Below the pieces are notes generated by a model. The model worked only from the letters and a program-made list of their open reading frames with translations. It was not told where the DNA came from and did not search any database. Below are positions 39,983-49,825 of a stretch of 64,000 nt of DNA, one piece after another. Positions within the stretch are counted from its first letter, which is position 1. The number at the start of each line of letters is the position of its first letter. The DNA is from Gammaproteobacteria bacterium (GTDB lineage Bacteria > Pseudomonadota > Gammaproteobacteria > SZUA-229), in the NCBI GenBank assembly GCA_024636785.1, contig JAGXGK010000025.1, positions 19,476 through 83,475 of the forward strand. Reading direction: 5' to 3'. Made by a program: the position numbers and the translations under genes.

Positions 39983-40329
39983 TGGGAAATCCCCTGTTTG
40001 AGCTGCCTGGCGATCCACAGCGCATCGTCGGCGGAGAGCATGGTCTTCCAGCCGGGCATGGCGGTATTGGCATGGCCTTCGAGAATAGTGACCACCAGAT
40101 ACTCGGTCGGTTTGCCTTCGAGCTGTGCCGGCAGCAGGGCGGGGCCGAGGCCGCCTTTCAGGGTCATACCGTGGCAGGAGCCGCAATCCTGTTTCAGCAG
40201 GTGCATCAGCTCGCTCTGGCGCGATGCCGCGACCTCTGCCAGTGCCGGTTCCGAGATTAATCCTGAAACCAGCATCAGACTAACTAAGAACAGCGGTGTC
40301 TTCAACAAAATCAGACTCCTGTAGTGCAC
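39979..40329 (-). CDS. nirC: NirC monohaem cytochrome c55X
   Basis: Signal peptide and a single CGSCHG. 116 aa, between nirE and nirF. The listed start overlaps the nirE 3' end by 50 nt. Confidence 0.8.
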   Translation of the reverse strand: MHYRSLILLKTPLFLVSLMLVSGLISEPALAEVAASRQSELMHLLKQDCGSCHGMTLKGGLGPALLPAQLEGKPTEYLVVTILEGHANTAMPGWKTMLSADDALWIARQLKQGISQ

Positions 40330-41074
40330 ATTGAAACCAGTCGAGTTCTTCGGCCAGCGAAACCACTTCGCCGATAATAATCATCACCGGCGCTTTCAGT
40401 CCAGATTGGTTCACGTCACTCTGCAACTGGTCGAGGCGGGAGAGAACGCGCTGTTGGCTTTTGGTGGTACCGTTTTCAATCGCCGCCGCCGGGGTCGAGG
40501 CACTCAGGCCGGCCTCGATGAGTGAATTGCAGATTTGCGACAGATTGGACAGCCCCATGTAGATGACCAGCGTGCAGTCGGGATCGGCCACATAGTGCCA
40601 GTTGATGTCGAGCGGTTCATCATTTTTAAAGTGACCGGTGATGAGGCGAACGCTGCGGCTCAGGCCGCGGTGGGTCAGCGGGATGCCGCTATAGGCGCTA
40701 CAGCCGGAGGCAGCGGTAATGCCGGGCACCACTTCAAAAGCGATATGGTGCTGTTTCAGCGCCAGAACTTCCTCTCCGCCGCGCCCGAAAGTGTAAGGGT
40801 CGCCGCCTTTCAGGCGTACAATTCTGCGACCGGCTTTGGCCAGGTTGACGATGGTCTCGTTGATCTGCTCCTGCGGAACGCAGTGTTTGCCCACTTCCTT
40901 GCCCACCGACACGCGGCTGACGCCCGTGGGGATCATGTCCAGAATTTCAGAAGAGACCAGGCGGTCATAGACCACGATATCAGCCTCCTGAAGCAGGCGT
41001 AGCGCCTTGAGGGTCATCAGTTCCGGATCTCCCGGTCCGGCCCCCACCAGTGAAACGAAGCCATGATTATTCAT
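40280..41074 (-). CDS. nirE: NirE uroporphyrinogen-III C-methyltransferase (SUMT)
   Basis: Internal start MNNHGFVSLVGAGPGDPELMT. LKGGDPYTFGRGGEE block. Confidence 0.88.
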   Translation of the reverse strand: MNNHGFVSLVGAGPGDPELMTLKALRLLQEADIVVYDRLVSSEILDMIPTGVSRVSVGKEVGKHCVPQEQINETIVNLAKAGRRIVRLKGGDPYTFGRGGEEVLALKQHHIAFEVVPGITAASGCSAYSGIPLTHRGLSRSVRLITGHFKNDEPLDINWHYVADPDCTLVIYMGLSNLSQICNSLIEAGLSASTPAAAIENGTTKSQQRVLSRLDQLQSDVNQSGLKAPVMIIIGEVVSLAEELDWFQCALQESDFVEDTAVLS

Positions 41075-41167
41075 AAAAAACCGCCAGTCGTTATTTTTTG
41101 CAAGTCTTACATCATGGATGTTTTGCTTACACGAAACCAATATTGACCTGCCTGAAGCAAAGTGTCA

Positions 41168-41181
41168 TTGATGTAAGTCAA
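41168..41181. promoter_or_regulatory. DNR/NNR-type box TTGAT-GTAA-GTCAA upstream of nirE
   Basis: Centred ~100 nt upstream of the nirE ATG and downstream of the nirS1 terminator. Confidence 0.6.
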
Positions 41182-41233
41182 GCTCGTCTATTGTATCTAA
41201 AATCAGTATCTTAAGAGAGGAAAAAATTGAGGG

Positions 41234-41276
41234 AAAATAAAAAACGCCCGCAGGAGAGGCTCTCCTGCGGGCGTTT
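41234..41276 (-). terminator. rho-independent terminator after nirS (copy 1)
   Basis: 16-bp stem AAACGCCCGCAGGAGA / TCTCCTGCGGGCGTTT followed by a T-run on the minus strand. Confidence 0.88.
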
Positions 41277-41288
41277 GGTTCTAGCTGC

Positions 41289-43073
<1,785 letters not shown>

Positions 43074-43169
43074 TCAATAATTTATTAGTTGTTAATATAG
43101 ATGCGTTATTAATACTTTTTGAGGTGCATTTAGAGTTGAAGAGTCTGTTCGATAGTTGGAGGAATTTTT

Positions 43170-43183
43170 ATGACCTAGATCAT
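43170..43183. promoter_or_regulatory. weak FNR/DNR-like palindrome upstream of nirS copy 1
   Basis: ATGAC-CTAG-ATCAT keeps the TGA-N6-TCA core but matches only 7/10 of consensus. It lies ~145 nt upstream of the ATG. Confidence 0.3.
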
Positions 43184-43260
43184 GTAAGCCTGAATTACCT
43201 GCATTAAGAGGTACTAAAATAATAGCTGGTTTGGTAATTGTTAATTAGAGTGAGTACAGT

Positions 43261-43302
43261 TGTTATTTGTTATTTGTTATTTGTTATTTGTTATTTGCTG
43301 TT
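43261..43302. repeat. heptanucleotide tandem repeat (TGTTATT)x5 plus one degenerate unit
   Basis: Read directly from the sequence. The stop codon of the NosR/NirI-like gene lies inside the array. Confidence 0.95.
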
Positions 43303-44820
43303 TGTGGAGGCAACTGTTTCTTTTAATGTTTTGCGTTTTTCCTGTCGTTTGCGTTTATCCACCAATGGCGGACACTTTTTGTCATTCCAGTAAGTAACCT
43401 GACAATCCAGGCAGTAATGGCATTCCTGACTGATGATTTCGCCGGTTAAACGAATCGCGCCGACTTCACATTCTGTCCGGCAGGTCTGGCAGGGGCGGCC
43501 ACATTCCTTGCGTCGGCGTAACCAGTCAAAGATTTTAAATTTTGAAGGGAAGGTGAGGGCGGCACCCAGTGGACAGAGATAACGACAGTAAAATTTCCGG
43601 TTCCATATTGAAATAAGGATGAGGCCGGCGGCGTAAACCACGTAGCCCCATTCACGTTGAAAATGTAATGTAACGGCGGTTTTGAAAGGCTCGATTTCGG
43701 AGAACACTTCGGCCTGCGCCAGTGACTGCAACGACAGGCCGAAAAGGCCCAGCATGATTAGGTATTTAATTGCCCACAGGCGTTCGTGCACGACAACGGG
43801 GAATTCGTAAGAGCGGATGCCGAGCTTCTCTCCCAGTTTGTAGACGATTTCCTGAATGGCGCCGAAAGGACAAAGCCAGCCACAATAGACGCCACGACCC
43901 CACAGCAATATGGTCATGGCTACGAAGGTCCAGAGGATAAACATCATCGGGTCAATCATGAAGGTTTCCCAGCTGAAGCCGTGTATCACCGAACTGGTAA
44001 AAGTCAGTACATTGACGATGGAAAGCTGTGCGAGAGAATACCAGCCGATAAAAATGACGGTATAAACCAGATAGCCGTAACGCAAATATATGAGCAGTGA
44101 TGGATGATGAGCCAGCCAGTCCTGGAAAATAAGAATGAAAAGCAGCAAGGACAGCCCTATTAACAGCACGATGATCTGGAACGTTTTATCGCGCCAGGCA
44201 TAAACCCAGATAGGCTCCTCTGCTTCAAGATCGGCCGTGTGCTGTGTGGCTCCCTCTCCGATCAATCCACGTGATATGGCGATTTTCCGTAACGGCTTCA
44301 TGATGGTGGCATTCAGCACCATAGCGGTAATGGTGGCGCCGGATATGCCGTCCAGAGTGACGTAGCCTTCACGTCCACTGCCACCCAGCTGGACACGGTT
44401 ACCGGCATTCAGGCCCAAATACTGGTTTTTGAAATCCGACAGATCCTGTTCGGAAACGCCAGCCAGTAAAATCGGCTCCTGATGTTTGACAATTTCAACA
44501 CCGGTGATTTTCCCGCTTAAATCAAAACCGACCAGAGTATGAATCGGTTTGCCCGAATAGGCCGGTATGGGCATGACATGATCAGTGAAAAACACATAAC
44601 CCAGCAAGCGTTTACCCTGATAAACCGCTGCCGATTCGGGTTCCCCCTCAAATGGCCCCAAATTGTCAGCAGCGGGGAAAAATTGCAGAGCAAAAGGCGT
44701 AGCTTCCGCTACCGGGTTGTTTTTAGTGAAGGTGTTTGCGTCGGCCGTTCCGAATAGAAGGCATGATATTACGACAATACACACCAGGTAACTTCGGCAG
44801 GGTTGAGTGTTCATGAACAT
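43291..44820 (-). CDS. short NosR/NirI-family membrane FMN/Fe-S protein
   Basis: Periplasmic FMN-bind-like GISGATIT, 5-6 TM helices, CX3CP motifs (CGWLCP, CRYLCP) and C-terminal Cys clusters CGRPCQTCRTEC and CHYCLDCQ. Confidence 0.75.
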   Translation of the reverse strand: MFMNTQPCRSYLVCIVVISCLLFGTADANTFTKNNPVAEATPFALQFFPAADNLGPFEGEPESAAVYQGKRLLGYVFFTDHVMPIPAYSGKPIHTLVGFDLSGKITGVEIVKHQEPILLAGVSEQDLSDFKNQYLGLNAGNRVQLGGSGREGYVTLDGISGATITAMVLNATIMKPLRKIAISRGLIGEGATQHTADLEAEEPIWVYAWRDKTFQIIVLLIGLSLLLFILIFQDWLAHHPSLLIYLRYGYLVYTVIFIGWYSLAQLSIVNVLTFTSSVIHGFSWETFMIDPMMFILWTFVAMTILLWGRGVYCGWLCPFGAIQEIVYKLGEKLGIRSYEFPVVVHERLWAIKYLIMLGLFGLSLQSLAQAEVFSEIEPFKTAVTLHFQREWGYVVYAAGLILISIWNRKFYCRYLCPLGAALTFPSKFKIFDWLRRRKECGRPCQTCRTECEVGAIRLTGEIISQECHYCLDCQVTYWNDKKCPPLVDKRKRQEKRKTLKETVASTNSK

Positions 44821-44882
44821 AGGGATTCGTTGAACTTTCTTATCAGGGTCTATAAATCATAAGATTATCAGAGTGTAAATAA

Positions 44883-45209
44883 TTAAGCGGATATCATAGC
44901 TGTAGACCATATTGGCCAGAAGCTGCCAAGCAATAATGCACCGGCAACAGTGCATAAAATGCCCATTCGTAGCTTCTGGGAATACATGAGCAGTAAGCCA
45001 CCATACATAAGCCATCCCCAGGGGGTTAGCAGTGACATCAGCAGTCCCAGAGGGTAAGTGATTATCATTGTTTCCATATCGAGAATCTTGTCTGATGGTA
45101 GCAGCTGTTTAAAACCATACCAAATGGCAAGAGAAAGCAGGAAAGCCAGCACAGGGCCTAAAATCAGCCAGGCTGTTGTTATTTTTATTTTGTCGTATAT
45201 CATAAGCAT
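44883..45209 (-). CDS. hypothetical membrane protein
   Basis: 108 aa with three or four hydrophobic helices. No family recognised. Confidence 0.4.
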   Translation of the reverse strand: MLMIYDKIKITTAWLILGPVLAFLLSLAIWYGFKQLLPSDKILDMETMIITYPLGLLMSLLTPWGWLMYGGLLLMYSQKLRMGILCTVAGALLLGSFWPIWSTAMISA

Positions 45210-45497
45210 CTTCAGTTTGAAGCAGTCAGAAAAGTTAAATAAAAATATTCATTAAATGCCGGTATTTATGCTCTAAATCAACTCGTTTTTTATCAAGCTG
45301 CTGCAAAATAATGGTGTGGATTAATGAGTGGAGCTTAGCATGAACCTTATTATACTTAGGGATTTTAAAGTAACTTTCATCGGATATGAGAAATGAAGCT
45401 AAAATTTCATAGTTACAGACTATAATAACTTAATATTGTATGGTGTAGGCGGTGAAGTCACTCCGGTAGTCATACCGCTTTTTACAAGAGATTTTTA

Positions 45498-46064
45498 ATG
45501 AATCAAAATACAACTATGTTCGGTGTTTCACTAGTTCTCCTCACGCTCATCGTGGCGGTCATATTGGGTTTCATGACGGGGCCAACCAGCCCTCTAACCT
45601 GGTTGCTACTGGCAATATTGATTGCGGTTCCGTTTTTGTACCGGAAAATTGCGGCCAAAGATTTTCTCGAATGGAAGGGTTCATACAGTGTCGGTATTGA
45701 TTCCATCGATCAGCAGCACAGAAGATTAGTCAATCTGATTAACCAGTTACAGACAGCGGTGAAGTACTCCACCGGTGAAGAGTTTGAGCGCGAAGCACTG
45801 GATGAACTGGTGGACTACACCAGAACCCACTTTAAGTACGAAGAAAAGCTGATGGAGCAGAATGATTATCCTGACTTCGAACAGCACAAAGCGCAGCACG
45901 AAATGATGATCAAAAAGGTAAAGCAGGTGCTGGCCGAGTACGAACATGAACCCGAGACGGCCATGAACAATGCCGTTAGCTTTCTCAAAGGATGGCTAAT
46001 CAACCACATCAATGGTACCGACCAGCAGTACAGTCGCTACCTGATTGATAAAGGCGTGAAGTAA
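45498..46064 (+). CDS. membrane-anchored bacteriohemerythrin
   Basis: Two N-terminal TM helices followed by the hemerythrin ligand pattern (IDQQHRRLVNLIN, HFKYEEKLM, HKAQHEMMI, WLINHINGTD). Confidence 0.85.
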   Translation: MNQNTTMFGVSLVLLTLIVAVILGFMTGPTSPLTWLLLAILIAVPFLYRKIAAKDFLEWKGSYSVGIDSIDQQHRRLVNLINQLQTAVKYSTGEEFEREALDELVDYTRTHFKYEEKLMEQNDYPDFEQHKAQHEMMIKKVKQVLAEYEHEPETAMNNAVSFLKGWLINHINGTDQQYSRYLIDKGVK

Positions 46065-46101
46065 ATATAGTCAGGCTCGCATTTAGCAACAGGTTGCGCA
46101 A

Positions 46102-46485
46102 GTGAAAATACTTTTTCTGTTGGTGGTGCTGACGCAAAATGGCGCCGGTGATATCAACGTTTCGTTTGTAAATACCGACTCTCACGAGCAATGCCGGCAA
46201 AAAATATCAATGGTGGAAAATATTTTTTCCGCCGCAAATATCCCGATTATCGAAAGCCGTTGCCTGCAAAGTGATCTCAGCTTCTCCGAATTTGATCATG
46301 CCTCTTCCTCCCGCATGATCAAAAATTTTTATCTGATTCATCTGGACCGGGATACACTACAAATAAAATCTATGCCAGACTGGCGCAGCTGTAAACATCT
46401 GGAGAAAACAGCGGCCGGTCAGGGTAAAACATATTGCAGCAGTTCTGTGCAATCTCTTATTCCTGTTAGCTCTCATAATAAATAA
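46102..46485 (+). CDS. hypothetical secreted protein
   Basis: 127 aa with a hydrophobic N-terminus. No family recognised. Confidence 0.4.
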   Translation: MKILFLLVVLTQNGAGDINVSFVNTDSHEQCRQKISMVENIFSAANIPIIESRCLQSDLSFSEFDHASSSRMIKNFYLIHLDRDTLQIKSMPDWRSCKHLEKTAAGQGKTYCSSSVQSLIPVSSHNK

Positions 46486-46540
46486 TATTTCTCTCTTACC
46501 AGTCAGGACTTTTTCTGCGTTTATTCTTTAGGTATTTAGT

Positions 46541-47452
46541 ATGCGAGTTAAGCTGTTATTGCGTTACACCAACGTCGCCATTATTGTTCTGGTCAGCTGT
46601 GTTGTCGCTAGGGCCACGGCGGCTGCACAGTCGCCGATAAACTTTGCTGAAATCAGGGAGTTTGCCATTTTGGCCAATGCTGCCTATCAGCCGCTGCTAA
46701 AAATTCGCACGCTCAGCGCATTAAAAAAATACCTGCTTTCTCATTACAGCAACATCCCTGAAATTGAAATTTCATATTTCCTGATCACCGATGATGTTGC
46801 CAAAACTCAGATTATTGTCGTACGTGGAACCTCCAATGTTGAAAATGCAATGGTCAATGCAGCGCTCAAATTGACTCTGGACAGTCACCTGGGCGTGCGC
46901 CTGCATAATGGTTTTTCACGATCGGCACGAGCCATTTACACAGAAATAAGGCCGCTGTTAAAAACCGATTATGCCATCAGCGTCACCGGTCACAGTCTGG
47001 GCGGTGCTGTCGCCCTGATTCTAGCTATGCATCTGGACGTTGATGATTTTACGGTTGGAAAAGTAGTTACTTTTGGTCAGCCCAAGGTTACAAATATAGC
47101 CGGCACGGATGCATTTAAGCATCTCGATGTCATTCGAGTAGTGACGCCAAAAGATATGGTGCCTCTGGTGCCCCCATTTGATCCTGTAGATTTATACGAT
47201 CTGGATATTTACTGGCATTCGGGTAGAGAGATAATCCTCCTGGCTGACGCCACGTATGCGCTGCTGGAGGGTGTCAACAGCCTGCTGCGCGCCACCCGAT
47301 TCACGCAGGAGCCGCTTAATGATAAAAATTTACAGGAGCATCAAATGACGCTGTATATGCTGTTGCTGGACAAAAAAATCCCTGCGGCCAGTTTGGTGTC
47401 GTACACAAACAGCTTCAACCTGTTTAACCTGTTTGGTGCCGAAGAAAAGTAG
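46541..47452 (+). CDS. class 3 lipase family protein
   Basis: Signal peptide and nucleophile elbow VTGHSLGGAVA, with upstream IIVVRGTSN. Confidence 0.75.
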   Translation: MRVKLLLRYTNVAIIVLVSCVVARATAAAQSPINFAEIREFAILANAAYQPLLKIRTLSALKKYLLSHYSNIPEIEISYFLITDDVAKTQIIVVRGTSNVENAMVNAALKLTLDSHLGVRLHNGFSRSARAIYTEIRPLLKTDYAISVTGHSLGGAVALILAMHLDVDDFTVGKVVTFGQPKVTNIAGTDAFKHLDVIRVVTPKDMVPLVPPFDPVDLYDLDIYWHSGREIILLADATYALLEGVNSLLRATRFTQEPLNDKNLQEHQMTLYMLLLDKKIPAASLVSYTNSFNLFNLFGAEEK

Positions 47453-47453
47453 C

Positions 47454-47533
47454 TAAGAGGCTGACGGATTTAGGATGAATTGGCTGCTCTTCCACTCCCT
47501 CTCTTTAATTCCCCTAAACCCGACAGCCTCCCA
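47454..47533. repeat. palindromic intergenic repeat element, copy C (80 bp)
   Basis: Sequence runs TAAGAGGCTGACGGATTTAGGATGAATTGG...TAATTCCCCTAAACCCGACAGCCTCCC. Homologous to the copies at 7691 and 11344. Confidence 0.85.
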
Positions 47534-47770
47534 GGTAACATATAAAACGCTGAAGCGGCGTATGTGTAGTGAGCCTTCCAGCTGTCGACTCAACAAAAAC
47601 CCGGCATGAGGTACATTACGTTATGTCTCCAGACAACTCCAATAAAAATAAAAACTCAAAAATAACCCGCGAAAGACAAAAAAGACGTCAAAAATCCTTT
47701 TAAGTTGTTTTTTTAATTTTTCGCAGATAGAGCTTTCGCTTTTGTCAGAGGTTCTCAGCGGTGAATAATC

Positions 47771-49360
47771 TTAGTGGCTGGTGCCTTCCAGATATCGGGT
47801 TTTGTTGTAGACATTGTATTTGCCCGAGGGTTTGTTCATTGGCAGGCGCTTGATTTCTTCGAGGCTGTTGGCGTCGTAAACAATCACTGCGCCGTCGGTA
47901 TCCCAGATGCTGAGCAGGGCGTATTTGCCGTCGCGGGTGAACTCGACGTGAGCGGCGGTTTTGCCGGGGGCGGGGCGCAGGGTTTTGACGATTTCCAGGG
48001 TGCTTTTGTCGATTACATGCACGGCATCTTTATTCGGGCCGAAGAAAACATCAACCCAGGCGTAGGGACTGTTTTTATGGCTGCGCATGAAGAAGCCGGG
48101 TCCGAGGGTTTCGATGTTTTTGATGGTTTTCCAGCTTTCCATATCGATGACGCTGACGTTATTAGCTTTCAGGTTGGGCGTGGCCAGCACGGTGCGGCCC
48201 TGATATTCCCAGGTAATGCCGGAGCCGAGGTGGGGCATGCCGGGCAGCGCCAGATCAGGCACGATGACGCGACCGACATCCAGATTGACCACCTGACCCT
48301 TGCCTTCGCGCGAGGCACCGATCAGGTTCACGTAGTCCTGGTCGAAGAAAAAATCATCCAGATAATCGCTGACTTCGATTTTTCTTACCGGGAAGGGATC
48401 CGGCGTGATTTTCTCGCCGGAATCTTCGCGGTAATCGTGTACCCAGAAACCAAAGCCGGCAGGCGGATTATCATCGTAGGAGATTTCCCACAGTTCGGGG
48501 ATATCCTTTAAGGCGGCGATGAAACTGTTGCGTGGTGGTGCGGTATAGACGGCGCTGACGCGGGAAGTTTTGCCGGTATGGTCTTTGGCTTCGAACAATT
48601 TGATCGGGCTTAGGTCTTTGGCATCGAGCAGTACCAGAGTGTGCGGCAGGTAATTGGCGACCATGACATAGCGACCATCAGCAGAGACCGCCTGATTACG
48701 GGTGTTGATGCCGGCACGGATTTCGGCGACCAGTTTCAGGTTGTAAATATCGTATTTGCTGATCCAGCCATCGCGTGAGGCAAAGTAGACGAAGCGGCCG
48801 TCCGGTGAATATTTGGGGCCGCCGTGCAGGGCAAAGCGCGACTTGAAGCGGTGGATGGGTTCCAGTTTATCGCCATCGAGCAGGGTGACGTGGTGGTCGC
48901 CCAGCTCAACCACCAGAAACAGGTTCAGCAGATCGGCGACTTCAAACACGGGCTTGTCGGAGAGTTCGCTTGCTTTGTTATGAATGATCTGGCTGGCTCT
49001 GATTTCAGCCATGCCCCACACCGGCATCTGTTCCAGCGGTGTATAGATATAGTCAACCAGTGACCGGGTTTCTGTCTCGGAAAGCTTTTCCCTGAAGGCC
49101 GGCATCTGGGTGGCGACGCGGCCATTGGTAATCACTGTAGCCGCGTCTTTCATTTTCAGTCGTTTAAGATTTTCCGGCAGCAGTGCAGGCCCCATGCCGC
49201 CAAGGCGATGTTCATTGTGACATTCAGCACAATGATCCCGATAGAGTTGCTGTGTCTTGTTGACAGTCTTAGCCTCGGCCGATTCAGCCTGTGCCGGAGC
49301 CGAAAGTGTTGTTGCCAGCAGGCAGAAAGTGCAGAGCGTAAAAAAGGTTTTGTGGTTCAT
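47771..49360 (-). CDS. nirN: NirN-like cytochrome cd1-family protein
   Basis: 529 aa. Signal peptide, CAECHN haem c domain, cd1-type propeller and C-terminal KPSGKYNVYNKTRY. No other nirN candidate in the window. Confidence 0.65.
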   Translation of the reverse strand: MNHKTFFTLCTFCLLATTLSAPAQAESAEAKTVNKTQQLYRDHCAECHNEHRLGGMGPALLPENLKRLKMKDAATVITNGRVATQMPAFREKLSETETRSLVDYIYTPLEQMPVWGMAEIRASQIIHNKASELSDKPVFEVADLLNLFLVVELGDHHVTLLDGDKLEPIHRFKSRFALHGGPKYSPDGRFVYFASRDGWISKYDIYNLKLVAEIRAGINTRNQAVSADGRYVMVANYLPHTLVLLDAKDLSPIKLFEAKDHTGKTSRVSAVYTAPPRNSFIAALKDIPELWEISYDDNPPAGFGFWVHDYREDSGEKITPDPFPVRKIEVSDYLDDFFFDQDYVNLIGASREGKGQVVNLDVGRVIVPDLALPGMPHLGSGITWEYQGRTVLATPNLKANNVSVIDMESWKTIKNIETLGPGFFMRSHKNSPYAWVDVFFGPNKDAVHVIDKSTLEIVKTLRPAPGKTAAHVEFTRDGKYALLSIWDTDGAVIVYDANSLEEIKRLPMNKPSGKYNVYNKTRYLEGTSH

Positions 49361-49386
49361 GAAAGTTATTTTCTATAAAAATATGA

Positions 49387-49716
49387 TTAATCGACAACGT
49401 GGACTGTGCCCGTCATTTTCGGATGCGGGCCACAACGGTAGGGAAAGGAGCCGGTCTGTTTGAAGGTGCGCTCGTAGGTGTCGTCGGGGAACAGATAATC
49501 AGCCGGCTCTTCCTCCCCCAGCGCCTCAAACCAGACGCTGTGGTACTGGCGCTTTTCATGATTCTCCCAGCGTACGGTCTGGCCGCGTTTGATGGTGATT
49601 TCCTGAGGAATGAATTTGTATTCTTCAAGGACTACCAGCGGTGTTTCATCAGTTGCCATCGCTGCGCTCAGGCTGAGTGTCGAGATAAAGATCAGTAACA
49701 ATGACTGCCATTTCAT
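49387..49716 (-). CDS. amicyanin/plastocyanin-like type-1 cupredoxin
   Basis: Signal peptide. Type-1 Cu ligands are H in QYHSVWF and CGPHPKM (C-x2-H-x2-M). Confidence 0.8.
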   Translation of the reverse strand: MKWQSLLLIFISTLSLSAAMATDETPLVVLEEYKFIPQEITIKRGQTVRWENHEKRQYHSVWFEALGEEEPADYLFPDDTYERTFKQTGSFPYRCGPHPKMTGTVHVVD

Positions 49717-49772
49717 GATTTTGCCCTCTTATATGAATATGATTAGTCCCATCATAACCGAGGTCCGGCCCA

Positions 49773-49806
49773 CAAAAAAGGCCGCAGAGTTTATACCCGT
49801 GCGGCC
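49773..49806 (-). terminator. rho-independent terminator after the nirT-nirB-like gene
   Basis: GGCCGCA...TGCGGCC stem followed by T6 on the minus strand. Confidence 0.7.
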
Positions 49807-49825
49807 TGTATGGATAAAGCTCGGC

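Noticed and set aside
39983-40186. N-terminal extensions of listed ORFs: NirF 458 aa, NirH 214 aa, NirE 286 aa, ArsC-like 157 aa, DUF2069 167 aa, CtaA 361 aa and DUF3108 273 aa.
   Set aside because: The extensions overlap the upstream gene or a repeat element and are Arg/Pro-rich nonsense. Internal Met codons give proper signal peptides or family N-termini and classic ATGA/short overlaps, so the shorter models were used.
43261-43302. Possibility that the short tandem repeats represent a CRISPR array.
   Set aside because: The units are 7 nt and contiguous with no spacers. No cas genes are present. It is a microsatellite.
47622-47702. 26-aa highly basic micro-ORF (MSPDNSNKNKNSKITRERQKRRQKSF) in the convergent intergenic region after the lipase gene.
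   Set aside because: It has no convincing RBS, lies in A-rich low-complexity DNA, and there is no way to test conservation here. It is most likely chance.
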